The notes under the pieces are model-generated. The model was not told the DNA's origin and searched no databases. It saw nothing but the letters and a program-made list of their open reading frames with translations. A program made the position numbers and the translations under genes. Positions 57,519 through 64,000 of a DNA stretch of 64,000 nucleotides are shown here, one piece after another; within the stretch, counting starts at the first letter, position 1; each line of letters begins with the position of its first letter. The stretch is from a virus. Taxonomy: Duplodnaviria; Heunggongvirae; Uroviricota; Caudoviricetes. The stretch lies in the IMG/VR virus record IMGVR_UViG_2568526411_000004. One strand, given 5' to 3'.

Positions 57519-57550
57519 GCAAAGAAAAGGCCCTGAGATAATCAGGGCCT
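57519..57550 (-). terminator. terminator hairpin AGGCCCTGA-gataa-TCAGGGCCT (minus-strand)
   Basis: Convergent terminator for the 57663 gene. Confidence 0.6.
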
Positions 57551-57662
57551 TGTAAGACTACAGATGCAGAATGAATTATAGGAGTAAGTTCAATATTTTA
57601 ATGTATTTTTGAGAAATGATTAATAGTAAATACTAAATAATAATAGAATTGCCAAAATAGTC

Positions 57663-58067
57663 CTAGAATAGTGTATTTTTCTGGATGCGCCCGCTTCTGA
57701 GCCAAAAATCTTTATTGGCTCTGACAAATTCATCTTCTGTAAAAATGCGGTTTACCCACCAAGAAAAGAAGTTGTAGTCATCCGCTTCGAGTTGTATAAC
57801 CGCATTATACGCAGGAGGCACATGCACCGTGATTGTTGTGCCCCTGTCGTCATATCTTATGCGAACAATTGGTGACGTTTCTAAGTCAGTTTTAGCGCTT
57901 ATTTCAACGATAATAGCGTTATCTCGATGATTTTGAATCATCGAGTATTCAGCTTTAAATACGTTCAAATACGCGGTAGCAAGTTGTCTTGCGGCAGCGA
58001 GTACGTCTAATCTGATCTGAAGCATTCGAGTCACCACAGGCTCATTGTTCAGATCTATTTTTAACAT
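57663..58067 (-). CDS. hypothetical protein
   Basis: 134 aa. Confidence 0.45.
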   Translation of the reverse strand: MLKIDLNNEPVVTRMLQIRLDVLAAARQLATAYLNVFKAEYSMIQNHRDNAIIVEISAKTDLETSPIVRIRYDDRGTTITVHVPPAYNAVIQLEADDYNFFSWWVNRIFTEDEFVRANKDFWLRSGRIQKNTLF

Positions 58068-58081
58068 TTATTAGATGATTT

Positions 58082-58696
58082 CTATAGATACATTACAAAA
58101 TCAACGTCAATTTCATCCGTAATCAATCGTGAATATCCAGACAACAATTCACGCCATGTTTTGCCGAAAGCACGATAAACTTCAGACTCTAAGTCATCCA
58201 GTGGGACATGTTGGCCATTCTCAACTTTCCAAAAAGCATTGATCGTTCTTGAGCTAGGAATTAATGAATTAATAATACTTGTGGCCAAAGCCGTGTTTGG
58301 ACAAACCTTAATCGCCTGCTGGTATGACATGGTTTCTATCTGAAAAGAAGAATAGTGCGTTTCCATTCCGAACAAAAAGGCATGTTGATAGGTCTGACTT
58401 AATTTTTGCAAACCTTCTTTTAATTCGCTTGTGAGTAAAAAGTTTTCGTTTGGTTCGACATAATCACGCAAAGGTGACGTTAAAACATTTTCTAACTCTG
58501 CAAACTGCACCTGACGCACTAAATAATTAATATCTCGGTCTATATCTACATCGGGATAGTCTGATTTAATAATTTTTCGGAAAGCTAAGAATTGAGCCGG
58601 AATAACCGTATCAACCTCTGCCGTCCACATATCTGTTTTAGAAATTAATGAATTTTCAAGTCTTGGCAAAACACCAGGAACATCTTTTAAAAGCAT
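58082..58696 (-). CDS. hypothetical protein
   Basis: 204 aa. Confidence 0.5.
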   Translation of the reverse strand: MLLKDVPGVLPRLENSLISKTDMWTAEVDTVIPAQFLAFRKIIKSDYPDVDIDRDINYLVRQVQFAELENVLTSPLRDYVEPNENFLLTSELKEGLQKLSQTYQHAFLFGMETHYSSFQIETMSYQQAIKVCPNTALATSIINSLIPSSRTINAFWKVENGQHVPLDDLESEVYRAFGKTWRELLSGYSRLITDEIDVDFVMYL

Positions 58697-58775
58697 GAAA
58701 AAACTCCATGTGCCTACATGGAGTTTAGTATAGTTAGACAGTGCTGAAAAACTTGGAATTATTTGCTTAGGCTAA

Positions 58776-59411
58776 TCAAACTGCCTTTGCCTTTTCGGTT
58801 TGATCAAATGGTTTTTTCATCACATGCTGCATGATGATGTCCGTCACATGCTTTAAATCGGATGCTGTATTAAACGACGCAAAAACCATATCACAAGAGC
58901 CGTCAGTGGTTGATGATTTAAGCCAGTTTTGCTCAACTTCCAACATAGACGCCATACGGTCAGTTAAATCTGTTAATTCATTAGCGCTCGCCATTTGAAT
59001 GCGATTCATAAACCGTTCAGCTTGTATTACCGAGCTTATGTCAAGGTAGATCGACAAATATCGCATTTGATTACCTTGAAGATATTTTACAAGCTTACGA
59101 CGACCGACGGGTTCAATCACTATCAAAGAGTCAAACGGCGCATCTATTGCTTGAATGATCTCTTTCTTGCGCACACCGTACATGACGCCACCATGCACGT
59201 TAAACTCAATAAACTCGTCTTTGTTAATGGCATCGCTGAATTGCTCTTTGGTCAAGAAGTGGTAATGGACACCATTTTTCTCGCCTTCACGCGGTTGTCG
59301 AGTTGTGCAAGTTACGATTCGCCCAAAACCGCCATTCTCAATAAGGTGTTTCGCGAGAGTCGATTTCCCCGAACATGTTTTTCCTGAAATTATTAAAATC
59401 ATTTTATTCAC
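58776..59411 (-). CDS. gmk: guanylate kinase
   Basis: P-loop ISGKTCSGKST and Gmk motif TTRQPREGEKNGVHYHF. Confidence 0.65.
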   Translation of the reverse strand: MNKMILIISGKTCSGKSTLAKHLIENGGFGRIVTCTTRQPREGEKNGVHYHFLTKEQFSDAINKDEFIEFNVHGGVMYGVRKKEIIQAIDAPFDSLIVIEPVGRRKLVKYLQGNQMRYLSIYLDISSVIQAERFMNRIQMASANELTDLTDRMASMLEVEQNWLKSSTTDGSCDMVFASFNTASDLKHVTDIIMQHVMKKPFDQTEKAKAV

Positions 59412-59414
59412 CTT

Positions 59415-59804
59415 TTAATCGCGGTCTAGGCATTTCCAGCCTCTAAAGTTTAAATTTGAATAAGGCGCACAGTCGCCCCAAGCGTAATATTCATATTCAG
59501 GGCCAGTAGAGCGCTTTTTCTTTGCCGCCGAGCTGCTTACATATGATGTGCGAGCGGGTGTCGTTGGCTTCGTTACTACTGGCTTGCTAACGGTCGGCTT
59601 ATAGCTTGTTCTCACTGGCGTTGTAGATATTGAGCGAATTGCCGAAGGGCGTGAAACCGAAACAGATCGCGCAGAAGATACCGACGCACGGGCAGAAACT
59701 GCCGCGTGTGCCGATGGTGCAAAAGTAGCTATGCTTGCCGCTGTTAAGATTGCAGCCGCAACAACTAACAACGCTGATTTATGCTTACCTTGTATTTTTC
59801 GCAT
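59415..59804 (-). CDS. secreted Ser/Thr/Pro-rich protein with signal peptide
   Basis: The N-terminal hydrophobic segment ends AHA; the rest is low-complexity. Confidence 0.4.
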   Translation of the reverse strand: MRKIQGKHKSALLVVAAAILTAASIATFAPSAHAAVSARASVSSARSVSVSRPSAIRSISTTPVRTSYKPTVSKPVVTKPTTPARTSYVSSSAAKKKRSTGPEYEYYAWGDCAPYSNLNFRGWKCLDRD

Positions 59805-59809
59805 TGTAT

Positions 59810-61213
59810 TTAACCTACCTGTACGTTTTTAATCGCGTTATCAAATTGCTCATAAATGCGCGCTAGATCGTCTGCAACCGTTTTGTCTAAGCGATAACAG
59901 TCTTCAACCATGCGTGGCAAAAACAACGAATAATTAGGACTGCTCGCTGAAGGTTTTAGAATCGTGTTCGAACGCACAGTAATGATTCGACCAATCCAGT
60001 CTTCCGGGTTTGCGTCCAATTCGTCACGTAATTTTTCATTTTTAACGGCGACGTCGACAATTAATTGACCGCACGCTGACTTGCAACTTAATGCCCCTGC
60101 CCTTCCTTCATTTTTCGATCCAGCCTTGCCTTCATTGATACCCACGACTTCTAACTCACAGTCAGCCTCAAGCTTTAATTTGATTTGTTCTTTACTTGTG
60201 CCGTCTTTCCAAATTGCTGTTGAGTTTTTAATAACCGTGCCTTCTTTTCCTAATAGCAGCTTCTCTTCACAGTGCTTATATGCTTCGCTTAGGCTATTTA
60301 CAATACGGGTCTCGATGATGCGAATGTATTTACCGCCCTTAACCATGTTAAACAGTGCGCGAAAACGATTAGCGTATGGCGCCTTAAATACCCCTTTTGG
60401 CACTACCGCCTCAAAAGGGATGAAATCCCACACTTTATAAATTGGACGCTCATTCTCGGCAAATTTACCGCCCTTCAAGACGCTATTAAGAATGCCATTG
60501 CCAATCTCTCGTGGAAGCTCTACACCATCACGCTCGACAAGTAGCTCGCCGTGATACTGGAAGTTAGGCTGAAGTAAAAGCTCCGCTTCTTCTACGATGT
60601 CTTTAAACTCATCCATAGGGAATTGAGAGCCTTGACGAGAGACAAATGAAAGTAGTTCATTTGCACGTTTATTTCCGTTCGCGTACATGCCGTCTGCTTT
60701 CTCTTGTGAGAAAACGCCTTTGCCCCATGTCCACGTATCAAATTTTGCATCTTTAGGCAAAGAACAACGTTGATATGGAAATTCAGGAATTAAGCCTTTG
60801 CATGCTTTATTGATTGTTGATTCACTAAAGCCTGCGCGTAAGTCTTTACGCAAAATTCGAATAAATAGATCGCCTGACTTTTCGCTCAATTGAGCCAGCT
60901 GACAACGAACCGCTTCGCGAGCTGCATTGCCTGTAAGTTCACGTTTTTCTAGTGCGTATATGATTTCTAAAGTATCCGCTTCGTCAAACCATAGCTCACC
61001 AGTGCCCTTTGCATCTTTATCCGGGAGAATACCAAATATGCGGAATGGGTTATAAGCAAGTGAACACACTTCTTTAAATAAAGGATTGCTTATGTAGTGG
61101 CTCACCATTTCCAGTTTTTTATTTTTAGAACTCTCTTGAGCTATTTCATTGAGCGCCTGACACACAAGGTCGCTATTGAATGTTTGTGTTAAGACTGGCT
61201 CCAAAGTTGCCAT
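59810..61213 (-). CDS. ATP-dependent DNA ligase
   Basis: Nucleotidyltransferase motif I EKADGM (KxDG); 467 aa. Confidence 0.7.
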   Translation of the reverse strand: MATLEPVLTQTFNSDLVCQALNEIAQESSKNKKLEMVSHYISNPLFKEVCSLAYNPFRIFGILPDKDAKGTGELWFDEADTLEIIYALEKRELTGNAAREAVRCQLAQLSEKSGDLFIRILRKDLRAGFSESTINKACKGLIPEFPYQRCSLPKDAKFDTWTWGKGVFSQEKADGMYANGNKRANELLSFVSRQGSQFPMDEFKDIVEEAELLLQPNFQYHGELLVERDGVELPREIGNGILNSVLKGGKFAENERPIYKVWDFIPFEAVVPKGVFKAPYANRFRALFNMVKGGKYIRIIETRIVNSLSEAYKHCEEKLLLGKEGTVIKNSTAIWKDGTSKEQIKLKLEADCELEVVGINEGKAGSKNEGRAGALSCKSACGQLIVDVAVKNEKLRDELDANPEDWIGRIITVRSNTILKPSASSPNYSLFLPRMVEDCYRLDKTVADDLARIYEQFDNAIKNVQVG

Positions 61214-61241
61214 TTGTTACTCCAATTTTTACATTGGCCCG

Positions 61242-61499
61242 TTATAAACGGGCCAGATAATCACGCTCAATGCGCTCTATATTTGAAACTCTTTGCTGAG
61301 CTATCAGCTCAACGCCACTTGCTAAATCAGCAACCATTGCTCTGATTTGCTCATCGTCTAAATGCTTCGCCGCAGCAAAGTTACCCAACTCATCACCCAT
61401 CAATTTTTTAAGGGCGTTAATGATGTCTTTTCGTGTTGCGCCTTTAGTTCGCTTAACCTCAGCAACTTGGCAACTTAATATTTGATATAAATCAGTCAT
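61242..61499 (-). CDS. hypothetical protein
   Basis: 85 aa. Confidence 0.4.
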   Translation of the reverse strand: MTDLYQILSCQVAEVKRTKGATRKDIINALKKLMGDELGNFAAAKHLDDEQIRAMVADLASGVELIAQQRVSNIERIERDYLARL

Positions 61500-61519
61500 A
61501 AATTACCTACCACTAATAC

Positions 61520-62119
61520 TCAAACACTTAATTGTTGTCGCTTTGCTTTGGCAATATCTATTAATGACATACCTTTTTTAACAGTCAGTACTGACTGATC
61601 TTTATGTGATGATAAAGGTTTCTCAGTGGAATTTAAAGCGGATTGTTGATTTTCCGACTTCATTTCCTTAGCAATGCGACTATTTATGGCGTCTGCAATC
61701 GAACCAACTTCGAATGTATTTACTGGCTCTGACGGCGTAAGAGTTGGCTTTTTAATGTCGTTTTTAATTACGATATCGGAAATTTTAATACCGTATTGAG
61801 CTGCGTTGTGACGCACGTTCTGGCGCATCTTAACTCGGTTGATGTAGTAGATCGCTGCACCATTCCGCTTCTCTTCTTGGCGCATAGTCAACGCCTGACA
61901 AACTTTATTGCATATTGCAGCTGAGCAACCAGACTCAACAGATGGAAGCAATTTACCCGCCTCTATCTCGCGTATGCGATTTAAGCACGAAGCATAAGCT
62001 GGGCGATAACCAGAAGCGCCACAATATTCAAGGTAAAAAGCATTGTCCCCTTGAGCAGAAGCTTCAACAGGGTAAATTGCTGTATCGACGAATGGCACTA
62101 TTTCTATACGATTATTCAT
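61520..62119 (-). CDS. hypothetical Cys-containing protein
   Basis: 199 aa. A palindromic operator lies within its 3' end. Confidence 0.45.
   Translation of the reverse strand: MNNRIEIVPFVDTAIYPVEASAQGDNAFYLEYCGASGYRPAYASCLNRIREIEAGKLLPSVESGCSAAICNKVCQALTMRQEEKRNGAAIYYINRVKMRQNVRHNAAQYGIKISDIVIKNDIKKPTLTPSEPVNTFEVGSIADAINSRIAKEMKSENQQSALNSTEKPLSSHKDQSVLTVKKGMSLIDIAKAKRQQLSV
61583..61596. promoter_or_regulatory. palindromic operator AGTCAGTACTGACT lying inside the 3' end of the 61520-62119 ORF
   Basis: Perfect palindrome ~90 bp upstream of the 61499 start. Confidence 0.55.
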
Positions 62120-62201
62120 TGAATACTCATTGTTTGTTTCGGTATGGTCATTTTATTAAGCGACAGTAGGGGTTTAAATAGATGCGGTTTGATAGCCATA
62201 A

Positions 62202-62624
62202 TTAACTCCAACTACCCCAAACCAAACTCTTGCCTTCCGTCTCATATCTTGAGCTTGCTTTTGACACCAAGATTCTTATCTTGGCTTCAGTCAAAAACTT
62301 GCCGATTCGTTGAACAATGTCCTCAGTCGATAGCATTGAGTTGTTTTTAAATGCAGATAGTCCAAACTGAATTGCTTTGGAGCCTGCAAATTTTTCGTCT
62401 TTTCCTAATTTTTCCACCTCAAGCGCAATGTGATTTATCCCCTCATTAATGCGGCAGACAAAACTATTGTCTGTGATCTTGAATTTGCCATTTGCTTTCT
62501 GATTGACAATAAAATCAAAAACCACACATTTGTTAGGGTCGTCACCGACGCTAACAAGATGGATGGATCTAGTTGTAGAAAAGTCATGGCTCATGTATGA
62601 ACCGCCAGTTTTAAGCCTGATCAT
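62202..62624 (-). CDS. WGxWS-tail protein (tail LVWGSWS)
   Basis: The ATG at 62624 forms an ATGA overlap with the upstream stop; the track start is a GTG. Confidence 0.5.
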   Translation of the reverse strand: MIRLKTGGSYMSHDFSTTRSIHLVSVGDDPNKCVVFDFIVNQKANGKFKITDNSFVCRINEGINHIALEVEKLGKDEKFAGSKAIQFGLSAFKNNSMLSTEDIVQRIGKFLTEAKIRILVSKASSRYETEGKSLVWGSWS

Positions 62625-63136
62625 GACCACGCACCCCACTTGGAGCCATAGCTTTCTTGGATACGTTTCGCTTCTGATGCTTTTGATACTGGCACAGTCG
62701 GCATTGCGTATTGGTCATCCATAACCCCAAAAAGGTATTCAAGGTAGTCATCTGCCAAAAATTGACTTAATGTCGCCTTCATTATTCTGTTTGCGTTAAA
62801 TTCGATCATATGTGGTCTTCTCACCACAATTTCGTGTGCGCAAAGGTCTCTAAATTTTCCAAATAGCGTGTTTGCCAATTTGCGTTCTTCAGGCGTGTGT
62901 GAGGTGTAGCCTTTTGATTTTTTCTCATCAATCACTTTTGAAAGATGCTCTTTGGCTGAGCGCGCATCCTTAAAAAGATAAACCACTTCTTGAAACCGCC
63001 CGGATAACTTCCCGTAATATCCTCTAACCCAACCCGCGCCAGTTTGGGTGTTATACGCATGGATAAGCATATAATCTTTGCCGCCCGAACTTGAGTCACA
63101 GATCATGTATTCAACCATTTCGATTTTAAGGGTCAT
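62621..63136 (-). CDS. WGxWS-tail protein (tail SKWGAWS)
   Basis: 171 aa. Confidence 0.5.
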   Translation of the reverse strand: MTLKIEMVEYMICDSSSGGKDYMLIHAYNTQTGAGWVRGYYGKLSGRFQEVVYLFKDARSAKEHLSKVIDEKKSKGYTSHTPEERKLANTLFGKFRDLCAHEIVVRRPHMIEFNANRIMKATLSQFLADDYLEYLFGVMDDQYAMPTVPVSKASEAKRIQESYGSKWGAWS

Positions 63137-63147
63137 TTGATCGCTTC

Positions 63148-63504
63148 CTATCTTGTAGTTACATCGCCAGAAAGGGTTTCAATATCGCCCTTGATCACAC
63201 GCGCTCGAACATCGCCAGTAACGGTCTCAATATCACCAGTAACGTCGCCACAAGTCACGTTGCCCGATACTGTGCTAATGTCGCCCACATTGCCTTCAAT
63301 TCTGACATTTCCACTTGTAGTATCCACTGAATCACAATCGCCATTTATCACAACTTCAATTTTTGGCGAAAGGCCCTGAACGCAACCTCCATCAATGAAA
63401 ATGCCATCGTCTTGAATGACCACGTTTGAGCCGTGATAACTTTTACCATTGATCTTTATTTCAGATGGCTTTCTGTTAAATAATTTAAGAAACCTTTGAA
63501 TCAT
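63148..63504 (-). CDS. beta-helix repeat protein (bactofilin-like repeats)
   Basis: Repeated xxGNVxxGDVxG units. Confidence 0.4.
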   Translation of the reverse strand: MIQRFLKLFNRKPSEIKINGKSYHGSNVVIQDDGIFIDGGCVQGLSPKIEVVINGDCDSVDTTSGNVRIEGNVGDISTVSGNVTCGDVTGDIETVTGDVRARVIKGDIETLSGDVTTR

Positions 63505-64000
63505 TTTTTGACTCCATATTGTAGCTTGAGAGTTACCGCGCTCATTTCATTGACGACAATTGCCGATCTGTAGAGTGAGCGCACCATTTCTGGTGGAATT
63601 TCATTAGGGTCTTTGCCGGGAGGGAGGATGGCTATTCGTACAGTGATGCCACATTTACGAACCATTAGAGCTGCTTCGATTGCATCTTGAATTGCTCGTC
63701 GCTCTCCATCCCACATAAAGGTCAAGCGTTGCAAACCAGCCTCTTTGAGCTTTAACAGTTCTGCGAATTGTGTTTCTTCATCGCCGTATGAAAGGTGTTT
63801 ACCGAACGAACCAATGACACCGACATTGCAAAGTGCGTCATCTTCTGAAAAGGCTTGATGTATAGCCATGACGTCAAAAGCGCCTTCACCCATCGCAATA
63901 TCTACGCATCCATACGCGTTATTACCGTTGTAAAGAAAGGCAGCTGTAGACGCATAACCTGAAGGAAAAAGATATTTCTTCTCAGCTAAGCCTGTAATGT
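63501..64000 (-). CDS. DnaG-like primase, Toprim domain (partial; 5' end beyond window)
   Basis: Toprim EGxxD (MGEGAFDVMAIHQA) and GKDPNE. The reading frame stays open to the window edge. Confidence 0.55.
   Translation of the reverse strand, partial: ITGLAEKKYLFPSGYASTAAFLYNGNNAYGCVDIAMGEGAFDVMAIHQAFSEDDALCNVGVIGSFGKHLSYGDEETQFAELLKLKEAGLQRLTFMWDGERRAIQDAIEAALMVRKCGITVRIAILPPGKDPNEIPPEMVRSLYRSAIVVNEMSAVTLKLQYGVKK

Noticed and set aside
1-64000. CRISPR arrays or rRNA
   Set aside because: No regularly spaced direct repeats with unique spacers and no rRNA-like conserved stretches were seen.

Overview
This window is AT-rich and reads as part of a large phage or phage-plasmid genome; almost all genes are on the minus strand. 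It carries two complete copies of IS26, at 1-820 and 22302-23121, in inverted orientation. The IS26 copies are visibly GC-richer than the surrounding DNA. The ~21.5 kb between them is native phage DNA, not cargo, because it shares regulatory motifs with the DNA outside the IS26 pair. The DNA outside that pair is visible only to the right (23122-64000); the left copy sits at the window start.

Left part (0.8-22 kb): an SF2 helicase, then a run of small early-type genes. These include acidic proteins, a Cro-like HTH, an RNase H, an AAA+ ATPase, a kinase-like protein, a DnaQ-like exonuclease and an SPFH lipoprotein. They are driven by a repeated sigma70-like promoter and leader family and end in a conserved family of terminators.

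Middle part (23-54 kb): nucleotide metabolism (dNMP-kinase-like, dUTPase, ThyX, NrdAB) followed by replication and recombination genes. These are a RuvC-like resolvase, SbcCD-like proteins, a RecA-like recombinase that contains a 155-aa mini-intein, a flap endonuclease, a gp32-like SSB, and a DnaE polymerase with a C-terminal UDG-like domain. The block also holds a Doc/Fic-family toxin with an unusual upstream partner, a phage sigma factor, and a CobS/CobT-like AAA+/vWA pair.

Right part (54-64 kb): an iteron-like noncoding region, an XRE HTH, a small Fim-sized tyrosine recombinase with an adjacent lox-like site, type Ib ParA/ParB, guanylate kinase, an ATP-dependent DNA ligase and a partial DnaG-like primase. 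This module suggests a plasmid-prophage lifestyle. A second related lox-like site lies at ~7.7 kb.

Three things stand out. A 14-16 bp palindrome built on AGTCAGT/ACTGACT half-sites recurs about 15 times in promoter regions across the whole window. Five small proteins in two tandem clusters share a C-terminal W-G-x-W-S/A tail. IS26 has been recruited into a phage replicon.

No rRNA or CRISPR was seen, and no tRNA was found where it was looked for (the 7.2-8.5 kb gap).
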